64,000 nucleotides of DNA from Camelus ferus (GCF_009834535.1 NC_045697.1:42472001-42536000); one strand, 5' to 3'; numbered from the stretch's first letter, positions 1 to 13,894 are shown. Numbers and translations: made by a program. The notes: generated from the sequence alone by a model not told the origin.

Positions 1-343
1 CATGACCTCCTTTACTGTGAAATTTGTTGTAAGTAGCATTTTTCATAACCTGAGCAATGTTCACTATAACATCTTCTGATACTTCTTGCTATAAAAGAAG
101 TCCCTGTTGGTTTGGTGTATTATTTTAGGCCTTTTACTACAACAGACTGAACAACTCTTTGTTGCGTTTGCATTTAAATAAAAAATATTAAAGGAGCCTC
201 ATGGTATTTTCATTAATTTTTAGCAAAATTTAATGAAGTTCTGGATTGAGTATAACTTCTAACATTGCAAAATAGTCATAGAATTTGTCTCCATGTTCTA
301 GGTATTTAGTATTAAAATGTCTAATCATTAGCCTAATGTCTCA

Positions 344-2537
344 TATACAGAAGAAACTTTAAAAAATCCATTTTTATATATAGTGGCTAACATCTGTAAA
401 TCTCAAACTCTCAAATTTACCCCTTCCCACCCCCTTTCCCCAGTAACCATAAGATTGTTTACTATGTCTGTGAATCTGTTTCTCTTTTGTAGATGAGTTC
501 ATAGTGTCCTTCTTCTTTCTGTGTTTTTTGTTTTTTGTTTTTTTTTTAGATTCCATATATGAGTGATATAATATAGTATTTTTCTTTCTCTTTCTGGCTT
601 ACTTCACTTAGAATGATGATCTCTAGGTCCATCCATGTTGCTGCAAATGGCATTTTATTATTTTTAATGGCTGAGTAGTATTTCATTGTATAAATATACC
701 ACATCTTCTTTATCCAGTCATCTGTCAAAGGACATTTAGGTTCTTCAATGTCTTGCTATTGTATATAGTGCTGCTATGAACATTGGGGTGCATGTATCTT
801 TTTTCATTAGCGTTCCCTCTGGACATACACCCAGAAGTGGGATTGCTGGATCATATGGTAAGTCTATTTTTAGTCCTTTGAGGAATCTTCATACTGTTTT
901 CCATAATGTCTGCACCAAACTACATTCCAACCAACAGTGTAGGAGGGTTCCCTTTCCTCCACACCCTCTCCAGCATTATTGTTCGTGGACTTTTGAATGA
1001 TGTCTATTCTGACTGGTGTGAGGTGATACCTCATTGTAGTTTCGATTTGCATTTCTCTGATAATTAGTGATAGTGAGTATTTTTTCATGTGCCTAGTGGC
1101 CATTTGTATGTTTTCATTGGAGAATTGCTTGTTTAGGTTTTCTGCCCATTTTTCAATTGGGTTGTTTGGGGTTTTTTTTGTTATTAAGTTGTATGAAATG
1201 TTTATGTATTCTGGAAATCTTTCTTTGTCAGTCACATCATTTGCAAATATTTACTCCCATTCCGTAAGTTGTTGTTTTGTCTTGCTTATGGTTTCCTTTG
1301 CTATGCAAAAGCTTTTAAGTTTAATTAGGTCCCATTTTTTAATATTTGCTTTTATTTCTATTGCCTGGGTAGACTGCCCTAGGAGAACATTACTAAGATT
1401 TATGTCAGAGAATGTCTTGCCTATGTTTTCTTCTAGGGGATTTATCATGTCTTGTTATATTTAAGTCTTTAAGCCATTTTGAGTTTATTTTTGTGCATAG
1501 AGTGAGGGAGTGTTCTAACTTCATTGATTTACATTCTGCTATCCAGTTTTCCCAACACCACTTGCTGAAGAGACTGTCTTTTCTCCATTGTATATTCTTG
1601 CTTCCTTTGTCGAAGATTAATTGACCATAGGTCTGTGGGTTTATTTCTGGGCTGGGCTCTCTATTCTGTTCCATTGATCCATATGTCTGTTTTTATGCTA
1701 ATACCATGCTATTTTGATTACATAGCTCTGTAATAATGTCTGAAGTCAGGGAGGGTATTTCCTCCAGCTTCATTCTTTTTCTTCAGTATTGCTTTGGCAA
1801 TTTCAGGTCTTTTGTGATTCAATATAAATTTTAGGGTTGTTTGTTCTAGTTCTGTGAAAAATGTCCTGGGTAATTTGATAGGGATTGCATTAAATCTGTA
1901 GATTGCCTTTGACAGTATGGCTGTTTTAGCGATATTGATTATTCCAATCCAAGAGCATGGATATCCTTCCATTTCTTCAACTCATCTTTAATTTCCTTAA
2001 TCAGTGTTTTATATTCTCCATGTATAAGTCTTACATCTCCTAGGTCAGTTTTATTCCTAAGTATTTTATTGGTTTGGATGTGATTTTAAAGGAGATTGTT
2101 GCTTTACTTTTTTTTTCCTGCTAATTCATTGTTAGTGTAAAGAAATGCAACTGATTTTTGTATGTTAATCTTGTATCCTGCTACCTTGCGGAATTCTTTT
2201 ATCAGCTCTAATAGTTTTTTGGTGGAGCTTTTAGGGTTTCCTATATATAGTATCGTGTCATCTGCATATAGTGATAATTTTACCTCTTCTCTTCCAATTT
2301 AAATACCTGTTCTTTCTCTTGCCTGATTGCTGTGGCTAAGACTTCCAAGACTATGTTGAATAAAAGTGGTGAGAGTGGGCATCCTTGTCTTGACCCAGAT
2401 TTTAGTGGGAATGCTTTTAGTTTTTCACTGTTGAGTATTATGCTGACTGTGGGTTTGTCATCAATAGCTTTTATTATGTTGAGATATGTTCCCTCTATAC
2501 CCACTTTGGTAAGAGTTTTTATCATAAATGGGTGTTG
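344..2537 (-). mobile_element. LINE-1, 5'-truncated (end of ORF2 RT region, C-terminus and most of 3'UTR), decayed
   Basis: Minus-strand ORF fragments with L1 ORF2 motifs ([75 protein letters not shown]) are split by frameshifts. The terminal part of the 3'UTR and the poly(A) tail are missing. Confidence 0.95.
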
Positions 2538-2779
2538 CCAAAGTTTAATTTTTATTACTGCTATTCTTCTCCCAGTACCTCCCTTAGAGATTTCTTCTAC
2601 TCTCTAAAAACCAGCTATCACTTCTATAGAGATTGCCACCAAATGGTTATTTTTGATCCAATTTTCTCTCCAGAATTTTACTCCCTGATTTTAAATGGTG
2701 TGTGGGATATTTATACTTATATACTTTCTAGTCTCCTTAAAATTAAAGTTTCTAAAATCTATTTCCAATGCCCTCCCCT

Positions 2780-3460
2780 TCCCAACCCATACCAGGTTCC
2801 TCTGTTATTAGCAATGGAACTAAGAGTTTTTTGTTATCCTGACTCTGAATCAAAAAAATCATTTTTTATATAGTTCTCCTTTGCTCTCGAAATCCAAACA
2901 TAGCAAAAATCCTGATAATTCCTCCTTCAAAACATTTCTTCCATCATCCCTACCTTGCTACTGTGCTGCTAACACTCTAGTTCAGGCCTTACTTTCCTCT
3001 GTATGTAAGCCTTTTCACTCACTTCCCAACCTCCAGTACCTCCCTGATGCAGTCCTTCTTGCATTCTGCAGATAGATCCATCTTCCTAAAGCACTGTTTC
3101 CTCTGTGTCATTCTTCTGTTATAAATGGTTCAAACTTCGTACTATCTGTAGAATGAAGACTCAAATTTTTAAATCTGGGATTCAAATTTCATCACATTCA
3201 ACCTTTTCTAACAGATGTAGTACAACTTTCAACCAAACTGAAGAAATGTTCTTATTCTAAATATGCTTTGCTTTTTCCTGCCTCTCTCTGTTTTGTCACA
3301 TCTTAAACTTGTGGAAGTGCCTTTTCTTCTTCTCTGCTCCCCAGTTCTTCCATCCACAGCCCCTTCATTTATTCAAATAGGTACTGAGCATCACCAGTGT
3401 TTCAGACTCTATATAAATAGAGGTGAACAAGCCATGATCCTTGACTTTTTAATCTGGTGA
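2780..3460. mobile_element. Degraded L2 LINE fragments (+ strand piece, then a - strand 3' end)
   Basis: L2-like ctagttcaggccttactttcctct...cttcccaacctccag, and tcatttattcaaataggtactgagcatc resembling the L2 3' tail in reverse. Confidence 0.5.
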
Positions 3461-4212
3461 TTTAAAAAAATCACTAACGTAATAATCTTATAATGAAGGC
3501 ATAAACAAACGAACAATGCTCGAATAAAATCAGCTACTCAGTCCATTTCATTCTACTTCTGAAATTTGAGAAGAATGCTTCAAATTTTTGAGTTGGGAGT
3601 CCACTTTGCCCTCCGTGAAGTTATGGTAAGGATGGGGAATTCTATTTAGGAAGGGAATATGTGAAACCAGTCTATCATAGCTTAAAAAAAGAATTAAAAT
3701 TAATACAGAATCCAAATCTTCACATTTCAAACATTTTAGAGTCTATTGCCTGTCTGCTAATGAAATAGCAAGTGGGATACAAGGTAGTGTGGCTACACCA
3801 TAACTGCTACTCTTTACGCTGGCATTGACCCCTTATGCCCCAATGGGGCCCCACGCTAACCAACCTTTAACATATTTGCAGCCACTGTTAGGAATTGGGA
3901 TCAAGTAAAAAACGACACGTTATTGACCCAATGAGCATTTTTCATGCTCCCTTTGACCAAGATAGTAATTTTTTAAACAACAACAAAAAATGATTGCAAA
4001 TATAATAATGCTTGTTGTAAACCTAAGTAGTATTTGTAGTTTAGTTGATGGTGGGAATCTATCACTTGTTTCATTTGCATGTCAGTGGAAGCAATCTAGT
4101 AAAGTGTTTATTTTCTCAATTTGTCATGCAAGAGTTTATCCTCATGCTTGCGGGAAGTCACAATTCTCATTATTTTTTAAATAGAGTCAGTAACCCTTTT
4201 GTATTATGCAGA

Positions 4213-4600
4213 ACCAACCAATCAATCAACAAATATTTAGACAGTAAGTGCAATACATTGGCAATAATAACAAAGGAGGCAACTAGAGATTGAAAAAGGG
4301 TAGGAGAGGTGAAGCAGATGCAGGGGAGGAGCAGATGTTTTCGCAGTGTCCTCTTAGAAGGGATAAAGGACACAGAGGCAGAGTGGAGAGACCTTGAAAA
4401 AGCAATCTCTGTTCAGATTCAAGAGCTAGACACAGATCAGTGTAAATGAGAGGTTAGTGCAGTTGGATCAGAGACTTAGTAGGCATCAGAAGTAGGGGGA
4501 AGAATATACAACCACCTGGCAGTGGGCTGGGAGAGGTGGAAGGTGAGGAGAGGGGCCAACACGTTCTGAAAATAAGTAAGGAGTCTTCTGTCAGTAACCC
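4213..4600 (-). mobile_element. Degraded L2 fragment
   Basis: caatcaatcaacaaatatttag tail followed by purine-rich L2-like sequence. Confidence 0.45.
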
Positions 4601-5316
4601 CTGAGTAGAGAGATAAAGTTGCTGTGTGTTTCCATCTAAACCAGTTTAGTAACTCCGTCCTTAGAGATGTGCCATTAACCATATAGTGTACACAATGAAC
4701 CATAGATATTTAGTCTTTGAGCTCCACACAGCCCAAGTAGAAAAACTATTCACGTTTACATGAGAAATCAACAACAACAAAAATCTCTCAATGGAGCACA
4801 ATAATTCTTCCTCAGTTTCAAGTTTGTTTTGTGAAAGTTTTAATTTTTTTTCTGTGTAATTTTTAGCAACAATTTCATCTCCACTTTAGATTGATTAATG
4901 GGGATCATACCTTGATGAGGATAATAAAAAAGATTTGGGATTTTTTAAAAAGTGACTGGTATAGAAAATTGAGGTAAAATAAGTAGCAGAAGGGTTGGTA
5001 ATTTCTGAAGCCAAGTTTTGAGAGAGACAAGTCAAGAGAAAGTCACCTGGGGGCTTAAACTGCACTCCGGTGGTAGCTGTGTGAAGGAAGGATACACTGA
5101 ATCAATAAATCTAGTTACTCGCACAGAACAAGATTATTCCTTATGTAGGCTGAGACACCCCAAATTGTCTTACCAGCTGAGTGCATTAAACAACACACAA
5201 CATATCTTTTTTTAAATCAGTATTACCTTAGGAGTACAATTTTTAACTCACAATGTCTCTAAATCTTTAACATTTCACTCTTTTATTACAGAAAATTTGC
5301 TCATTGTATACCTAAC

Positions 5317-5342
5317 ATATATATATATATATATATATATAT
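5317..5342. repeat. (AT)n microsatellite
   Basis: Read directly. Confidence 0.95.
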
Positions 5343-6049
5343 TAAGCTTTCCTTTCTTCATAATTTTATCTATTGTATTGCCTCCTCAAATATCCTCACT
5401 CCATACAAGCCCAACTTACTTTTTAGAATTGAAATCATGTTATCCCCTCTTGTAAATTCCTTCCCTACCTCTCTAATCTGACATTCTATGAACACTTAGA
5501 GCATATTTATATAACTCATCAGAAAAACTAATGTACTACTTTTAAATATTTCTTATACATACAGTGAAATTAGTAACATCTGACTCTATGACCAGATTAT
5601 AAGATCCTTGAGGTCTGGGCCACATATTTTATGTAACACTGTATTTTATGTATGTACCACACCCCTTCACAAAGTGGATTGACCATTAATTTGCTAAATA
5701 CAAAAAGTTACACAAAATATAGGCAAGTCATAAGTATATAACTTGCATTCCTGAAATACAATCTGTCCAGGATTGTTAGGACAGAAATGCTAATATTTTA
5801 TTTAGGATTTTTTTGCATGTTATCTGTATTCATGATTATGGTAAATTGGTAAAAATGAAACTTTCCAGTTTTTCATCTTTTCTTTCTAAAACAGCCTAAA
5901 TAGTGTTTATGGGTGTTTTTAGCTCACCAGTTCAGCAACTCCTTTCCTCCTCATTTTCCCCCTATCATAAGGGAAACAGAAAATCAAAGGCATCAGGTTT
6001 TTAGTTTTGAGGGTAAAGGAAATGTCCAAGTCTAAACTTCAGAAAGAAA

Positions 6050-6960
6050 TATTTTGACAGGGCGTATACATAAGCGCAGTGAGTCTCCAGACCACCAGGT
6101 TCCTGACTCCAAGTCTCTAAACAGTCTCCTGTCAGTATGTGGCCTCTCCCTGTCCTCTCTCAATCCTCTACAGGGATGGAAAGCGTAGACATTAGTAAAA
6201 TCTCCAACAAAGAGCTAAGTCCTCCCGCACCCTTCCATGGGGGCCCACCTTCCAGCCCTTTGGCTCCTAAAGGAGAAGGGATGATTGTAATTGCCCAGGA
6301 AATGCTGAGGATTTGAGACCAGATGAGATCCTGTGCTCAGCTTCAGGTCTGGTTGCACCTGAAAGATGCTCAGCCCTACCTGGCTGAAATAGCTGGGTAA
6401 GACCTCTGCCTGATGTCCAGGAGGCCCGAAGGGAGGCCGACTCATGTGGAGCCACTGTATATCCTAAGAAGGAATGAGAGAGCAGCCAAAGGTTCTTCTT
6501 CCTGGTAATCTGCACACTCTGAAGGCTGGAGAGGTCTCCCAAATGAGAGAGGGAATGGGGCAGAAGACAGTAATGGAATTACATGACAGGAAACCCTAGA
6601 CGGCCAACCAGGACCCAGCTGATGACAATGAGGAGAGACTGCTACAACTGGGAATTGAACCCTTGAGCAAATGCCAAACCTGGGAGCCGGAGCTCCCACC
6701 ACTGTATTATGACTATACTTGAGGCCTTTGAAATAAATGCTGTGCCAAGGAGAGGGAGAGGATGGGAGAAAACATGAAAGGAATTATGTCTACCTGAAAA
6801 TGGTTATTTTTCTGCCATAATGGGGACCTGGAAATAATGTGGTTATTTCCAACGTGGTTAAGTTAAACTACAGAAAAACAGTGTGACATTTTCACAATAC
6901 CTGAAAGGGTGGCTCAGAAATTTTGTAAATGACCCAATATAGACTTATCTGTTCCTTAAG
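6050..6960. mobile_element. Possible ancient LTR (family unassigned)
   Basis: GC-richer block than its flanks, with an internal AATAAA and an end (gtgacattttcacaatacctgaaagggtggctcagaa) loosely resembling old mammalian LTRs. Weak recognition. Confidence 0.3.
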
Positions 6961-7319
6961 GACCTTACAGTAGTGGCTTGTTAAACTAAGTCTTATACTT
7001 TTAGGGAGGGGTTGGCTGTTTTCCACCATGGCTAGTGATACATTCAGGTTTTCCAACTTCATTTTTGCATCAGTTTTGAACTATTACATTTTCTTAGAAA
7101 TATCCATTTCATTAAGCTTGACAAATTTAATACCATCAAGGTACCATGGGTACCATCACAGAGCATCTATCATCTCTTCTGTCTCAGTGGTAGAATCCCT
7201 AATTCCCAATGGTATATACTCATTTTTCTACCCTTTTTTTCCTCCATTAACTTTGATGAAAGTTTTAATTTTTTTAATTGATCTTTATAAAAGAAAGAAC
7301 AAAAAAATATTGAACGTAA

Positions 7320-7560
7320 CAGTCTGAAGTTCAAGTTCTACAGTCAAAGACTAACTACAGTTGACTCCTGACTCAGCCCTTTGCTAGGAGACTTGGAGTA
7401 CATTACTTGATCTCTATATGCATTTTTTTCTTGCCTGTAAACTAGAGGCTAACAGTTGCACCAAACTTGCAGAGATAATTATGTAGATTAAATCAATTAA
7501 TGCATGTATAATGCTTAAAACGGTGCCTGGTATTACTGCTCAGGAAATATTAGCTATTAT
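7320..7560 (+). mobile_element. MIR SINE
   Basis: MIR core and 3' end: ...gattaaatcaattaatgcatgtataatgcttaaaacggtgcctggt...aaatattagctattat. Confidence 0.8.
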
Positions 7561-7569
7561 GGTAGATAC

Positions 7570-8060
7570 AGGTAACTGGTATTTGCACCTATTCCAGCCT
7601 ATTTCAAATGTCACTTTCTATACTGTAGCATCTGAAAACCCCATTCTCCAGATCTCTTTAAGGCAGATAAAAATCTGGATAAAAATTAGGTCCCATATAA
7701 TCTAGCTGCTGTTATTGCCTGTCCCAATCATAGATATATTGGGATTTTCTGCAAGAGCAAAGCCCGGTTGTGGGTAGCAAAGAAGAAACGGCAGTGGTAG
7801 CAGGGTAGCTTCTGAACCAAGATCGCTGAGGCCTGCCTAAAATCTCTGACATTGTGTTGTTGAATTCGGTCTTTCCACTTGTGGCCTCTTAAACCTCCAT
7901 CTTCTTAATGTGGCAAGGTGGAAGGTGGCCGTGCAGTTCAGCAGTCTTCCTCAGCAGTCGCTGAAGGCCCAGACCTACCAATTGTGTTCTAAGTACCAAA
8001 TTTACTGTATGAAATTTCTGTTGAAAATAGAATGGTTTCTGTTTCCTAAAGCTGATTATT
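7570..8060 (+). mobile_element. ERVL-class LTR (LTR33-like), degraded
   Basis: 3' end aaatttctgttgaaaatagaatggtttctgtttcct resembles LTR33-type termini. Confidence 0.45.
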
Positions 8061-8164
8061 GCTGAGTCCTACTATTTTCTAATTCATTAATATCTGATTA
8101 TCTTTATTCATTCCATTTACCTGTATAGTTGTCTACTGTTATTTTTCTTGGTTCTTAGATATAT

Positions 8165-8540
8165 TTCCTTCTCTTCTTTCCTATCTCTCTGTCTTTCCTT
8201 TCTTCTTTCCTTCCTTCCTTTCTGTCTTCTCTCATTCCTTCTAATCTTTCTTCCTTCATTTCTTTTCTTGCTTAAGAGTAAAAATATCAAATACTATATA
8301 CTTTTCTCTGAGAACAGCTTTGGGTTTAACCTGTGTTTTGATATGTAGTACTATTGTTAATATCTAACTAGTAAATAACTGCAAGTTTCATTTCCTTTTT
8401 TAACTAATGATTCTTTAGCAAAATATTATTTACAAGGATTAAGTAGTCCCTCTTTCTTCCTTCCTTCCATCCATCCTTCCTTCCTTCCTTCTTTCCTTTT
8501 TTCCTTCTTTCCTTCCTTTCCTTTCTCTCTTTCTTGTTAC
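8165..8540. repeat. Two TTCC/TTTC polypyrimidine tracts (about 8165-8270 and 8450-8540)
   Basis: Read directly. Confidence 0.85.
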
Positions 8541-10620
8541 TTTTTAATTTGTCCAATTTTATTGCATTATGGTCAGATGGTTAGAAAATATGGCCCTTTT
8601 ATATTTCAGAAATTGTTGTAAAATTTTTTTCACTTAATAAATACAATCAAATTTTATAGATGTTCTTCGACGCTGAAAAATGACATTCTTTGTGGGGTAA
8701 AAATCAATGCTTTTGTATTTTGTATATTATAAATTCTTTTTTTGCCTACTCTAAATTCTCCCATATGTATTTTTTCTAATTTCTTCTTTTATTCAAGTAG
8801 TTTTACCTAATATATTATAATACATGTGATGTTTCATTAAGTTACATTTTCATTGTGAATTTTCTCCTTTTTGTAATAAAATTTGTTTAATGTGGATGAC
8901 TTTTTTCCCAATTGTATTCATTTCTTATAGTATGTATGTTTTCTTATTGCTTGTATTTGCTTAATATTCTGTTGCACAGTATTTTATAGACTTATTATAT
9001 CATTTTGATCCATATATATTTCTTCATAAACAGCATATACATGAATTTTGGTTGTAGACATTTATTCAGTCATTAATTCATTTTTATCCTCTCTTTCTTT
9101 TTATTATGTGTCTGCATTATGCTTTTAATTATGTTAGTAATTAACAAGATTTATTTATAAGAAAAGTTAGTTTCATAGAAATGATGCACATTTATCATTT
9201 AAAAAATCTAAATAAGCAACTTATAAAAATGCAAAGGAAATAAGATTTATCATCTTGTTGCCCCAAAATAGCCATCACTAAACTTTAGTTAGCATAATTT
9301 CACTTTTCTATATTCAGTTATGCAAATAAAATCTTATAAAATGGTGATTGAAGGATTTTTTTGGATAAATTATTTAATTAAAACTTAATTTAATGAAAGA
9401 AGAAACTGAAATGAAGCTGAAGGAATTGGTGAACTTGAAGTAAATGTTTCTTTATTACCACCAGTAATAAATTTCCAAAACTTTCCTCTAGAGTCAAGAA
9501 AACAATTAGAAGGTTGGAGTCATGACTTTCCATACCACATCTTGCAGCTTTGCACAGTACCCAGGGCCTTTTTGTTTGGAAGACGGGGAGATTTGGGCAC
9601 TTACAGTTTCTTCCAACATCCTCTCCCAGAGTTGCATTACTTACATAATTAATTTTAAAATATCAAATTAATAACATTTACATTTTATTCTACAATCAAA
9701 ATTCTTGACACTTTTTTGTAATGGCTTTATACCTGAAGGGATACAATGTTCATTATCAGTCCTTTTACCCCAGCTTCTCTTTTCTTGAGTTCTTTGTTAC
9801 TATACACCTCTGAGTTGGCTGAATTTCATTGCATACTTTTTTCAAGGAGGCTTATGGATGGTGTATCCCCTGAATTTCTGTACCCTTAAGAGGTGCAGAA
9901 TGCGTATGTGTCTTTCTCTTTATACCTGAAGGATAACTTGACTAGGGATATATCTTAGAGTCACACTTTCTTTCCCTCAGAAACGTATGGACATTTTTTC
10001 TTCTATTTTCTGGCATTTAAGTATTACCATGGGAAAATCCAAACAGCCTGATTTTTTTCACCTTGAATACTACTTGCTTTTCTGCATAGAATTTTCACAG
10101 GATTCTGTCTTTATTCTTAATTCAATGATTTGGATACTTTCGGTGCCAGGATACTTTTTGGTGTACAGCATTCTGCATCAGTTTTTCTCTTGGACAGAGA
10201 TTGCTTTTTCAAACTTCAAATTCTGGTCTTCATTTCCAGAAAATGTCATCTAATTCTCTTCTCTTATTTATTTAATTTCATTTGTTCTGTTTTCTTCCTC
10301 AATTTCTATTTCTTCCTCAAATTTCTTCCTCAGATCTATTTTCTTCCTTACACATATATAGCATCTTTTTTCATACCAAATCTATTATTTTTATATTGCT
10401 CTATTTTTTCATTCTGCATTATGTGATTTATTTTTTTATGTTATTTCTTTAGATCGTATATTCAATCTAGTTTTTTTCTTTTCTTTACCGCATTCTTCTA
10501 ACATAGTTGCTCTTGCCTGTTTCATTTATTTTCGGAGGTCTTCCATCTCAATATTTCCTTCCTCTCATGTCTTAAGTTGTTATTTTGAATTCTTGACTCT
10601 CTTCCTAAGTTCTTCTACGG
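8540..10620 (-). mobile_element. Old, fragmented L1M/HAL1-like sequence
   Basis: Long T-rich stretches with L1-like motifs (ttttattgcattatggtcag; aaggataacttgactagggatatatcttagagtcacactttctttccctcagaa). Confidence 0.5.
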
Positions 10621-10627
10621 AGAGTGT

Positions 10628-11204
10628 TGTACTAGTTATCATTTGCTGTATAACTGTATCACCACAAACTTAGTGGCTTAAAACAACACATGCTAGTTAT
10701 CTCACAATTTCTGTGGGTCAGGTGTCTGAGCACAGTTTGTTGAGTCCTGTGCTTCAAAGTCTCAGAAGGCTGCAGTTATGTTGTCAGTTGGGGCTACTGT
10801 CTGATCTGAGGCTTGAATGGGGAAGGATCTACTTCCCAACACAACATGGTTGTTTGCAGGATCTAGTTCCTGGCAGGCTGCCAGACGGAGGGCATCATTT
10901 TCTTGCTGGCTAGTGTGTTCTTATCTCCTTGCTCTGTGTCTCTTTCCATATGGCATGGTGCTCACAACATGGTAGCTTGCTTCTTGCTTCAGCAAGAGAG
11001 AAAGTCTCCTAATAAGGTGGGTTACAATCTTACGTAATGTAATCACATATTATTAAATCATATACATCCTATCCCATTTCCTGAACTCAGTTGGTAAGAA
11101 GCAAGTCATAGGTCCTACTTACACTCAAGGAGAAAAGCTAACACAAAGGCATAAACACCAAGAGGCAGAAATCATGAGGGCCACCCTAGAGTCTGTCCAC
11201 CACA
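10628..11204 (-). mobile_element. MaLR solo LTR (MLT1E/F-like)
   Basis: TG...CA termini; caccacaaacttagtggcttaaaacaacac and agcaagtcataggtcc...cactcaagg motifs. Confidence 0.85.
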
Positions 11205-11232
11205 CTCATGCTCTGTGTAATTTCTTGCAGAC

Positions 11233-11669
11233 TGTTTTGGTTTCCTAGGGCTGCCATAACAAAAGATCACAAAGTGGATGGCTTGAAACAACAGAAGTTT
11301 ATTGATTCACAGTTTAGAGGCTAAAAGTCTGAAAGCAAGGTGTCAGCAGGGCTAACCTCCCTCTGAAGGGTCTAGGAAAGAACCCTTCCTAGCCTCCCCT
11401 GCCTCCTGGTGTTCCCTGAAATCCTTGGCATTCTTTGGCTTGTAGATAATCACTCCAATCTCTGCCGCCACCATCCCATGACCTTCTTCCTATGTGTGTC
11501 TCTGTTTGTCCTCTTTTCTTGTTATAAGGGTATCAGTCATTTGATTTAGGGCCCACTCTAATCCATATGACTTTGTCTTAACTAATTACATTGGCAGAGA
11601 CTTATTTCCTAATAAGGTTACATTCGTGTAGACATGAATTCGATGGGGAACACTATTCAATGCATGACA
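11233..11669 (-). mobile_element. MaLR solo LTR (MLT1B/C-like)
   Basis: TG...CA termini; tttcctagggctgccataac start; near-TSD cagac (11228-11232) / gagac (11670-11674). Confidence 0.9.
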
Positions 11670-11830
11670 GAGACTATGGAAAAATACATAGTTAACTGTT
11701 GGTCTATTTATTAGGTAATTTACCTTGTACTGCATGCTCTTTATATAGTTCATTTCTCTTCTTTTTCTCTTCTTTTGGTTTTCTTATTTCTAGATTCCAT
11801 CTTGATTCTTTTTAAAATTTTGGTTCATCC

Positions 11831-11952
11831 TTTTTTTTAAATTTTTTTAATTGAAATATAGTTGATTTACAATGTGTTAGTTTCTGGTGTATAGCATAAT
11901 AATTTGGTTATACATGTATATATATAATTATTTTATGAAAAAGAATATGAAA
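11831..11952 (-). mobile_element. Short L1 3' end with a small terminal inversion
   Basis: Poly(T) plus ttgaaatatagttgatttacaatgtgttagtttctggtgtatagc, then a sense-orientation piece tatgaaaaagaatatgaaa. Confidence 0.8.
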
Positions 11953-12016
11953 CAGATTTTGCTATATCTTTAATGAATATTTAATTCTGCTACAGAAGGC
12001 AAGAAAGATAAATGGC

Positions 12017-12331
12017 GTGTTAGTTCTTCAGAGAAACAGAGGCAATAAGAGATACATATACATGCATATGTATTTATGTTTATGTATGTATGTGTATAAC
12101 ATACACAGTAGGAATTGGATCACGTAGTTATCAAGGCCAAGAAGGCCCTTGAACTACCATCTACAAGCAGAGAACCCGCCAACTGGTGGCACAATTCAGC
12201 TGGAGAATCGGGGGTGGGAGTCCTGGTCTGAGCCTGAAAGCTGGAAAATCAGGAGCACTGATGTTGTGGTGTGAGGGCAGGAGAAGACAGAGGTCCCAGA
12301 TAAAGCAGAGACAGCAAACTTGCCCTTCCTC

Positions 12332-12364
<33 letters not shown>
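12017..12364 (-). mobile_element. ERVL MLT2-type LTR fragment ending in a ~30 nt poly(T)
   Basis: cttcagagaaacagaggcaataagaga...aggaattggatcacgtagttat...gagggcaggagaagac...cttgcccttcctctgcctttt. Confidence 0.8.
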
Positions 12365-13512
12365 GGTAATGGCAGAAATTGCAGCCTCCCTCACCTTCCG
12401 CCTTGCCTGTCTCTCCCACAGAAGCTGTAACAGTTATGTGTTTTTCCTGCCTTCCTTAGAGCTAGTTGTTGCCATGACACAGAGGACTTGTCAACGAGTT
12501 ATTGGCAAAAATCTGTCGAGGGGTGGGGAGTGATGTGAGACTGCTGGCTCCTCTCTTCCTTCCTCATGCCACGTTAGCTCCAGCAATCTCCTTGGCTCGG
12601 GGAAAAGGCTGAAGGCTGTAAAGAGGGCATGCCAGCCTGGTGTCTTCTTTGGTACACCATCCCTTCAAAGTACACATTCCATTTTTTCCTGAGGCTCCTC
12701 CAGGCCCAGAGCTTGCCCAGATCACAGTCTTTCAGGACTGTCCTCTTCTTTAGAAAGAAATCTGCGTTCTGCTCAAGGTTAGAGAAGGCACGCTTTGGTT
12801 TTCAGGACTTAGCCTCTTCCCTCATGTCATCTCACTGCTTGGTAAAACTACTTCCTATATTGTAATTTAGGGTTATATCATTTCCTTGTTTCATTGAAAA
12901 TGAGGGGTTTTCCCCTCTCTACATTGTTTTTTAATTTTTTTATTAGTAGTAGTTTACAAGGACAGGAATGAAATACAAATGTCTTTATTTTGCCATCTTT
13001 AACTAAAAGCTTCTAGTGTTAAGAATTTTAATATAATTATTTAACTTTAGATAATGTTCAGAGTTCAGAGTAAATGGTTTATTTTTTAATTCTCTCTATT
13101 TGATGCAATGAATTTAGTACATTTTTCCCTTCTCCAACTTATCAGTCTTTGCTAATATAATATGGATCCAAGTTTTTACTGTATTAATATTTTATAGTTC
13201 TTCCTTTTTAAGAATTATCTATAATGTTTGCATTCAGTTTATAAGCAGATTTGCAGCCATTTTTTTTCACATATCACTCTTACTTAGTTTCATTGCTTTC
13301 AGACTGTCATTTCAAACCCTCATTTCCCATTGGCTCTTAATTTTGCTTCATATTTCAGTTTGGGGAGAAATATTTAAGGGATTTACTCTTAATTATATAA
13401 AGGTTATCTGATAGGACTTGCATATCTGAGAACATCTTTCTGTTGCCTTTATACATTATTAACTACATGGATGACGATAAAATTGTTTGGTTTAAACTTC
13501 CCCAGTTCATGA

Positions 13513-13894
13513 ACAGTCAGTATAGGCTAGGATGTATTATGTTAACAAATGACCCCCAAATTTCAGTGACTATAATCTTCAAGCTTTATTTTCATTTATA
13601 CTACTATCTCTTGGCAGGTTGGCTTCACCTTCATGCCAGCACCTAAGCTAGTGGAACATCTGAAACGTTGTTGATTGTCCTGGCATAGGGCAAAGAGATC
13701 ATGGCAAACTATATTCTGGCCCATAAGTATCTTCTGCTGGGACGTGACACCATCATTATGCTTGCATTTTATTGTCCAGAGCAAGTCACATGGTCAAACC
13801 TAATGTCAATAAGGCAGGAAAGTACAACTGTCCCCAGGGATGGAGAGCAAATACTTGTAAACAGTAAGTGTAAACAGTAATGCAACTTACCACA
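13513..13894 (-). mobile_element. Old MaLR LTR (MLT1J/K/L-like)
   Basis: gtcagtataggctagg...aacaaatgacccccaaatttcagtg...cagagcaagtcacatggtcaaacc...ttaccaca. Confidence 0.75.

Noticed and set aside
374..2525. ORFs with reverse-transcriptase-like motifs (also 37936-38877 and 47367-48758)
   Set aside because: Frameshifted fragments of L1 ORF2; not intact genes or a novel RT system.
8148..10426. Hydrophobic F/L/S-rich ORFs resembling membrane peptides
   Set aside because: Translations of T-rich antisense L1 and pyrimidine repeats.
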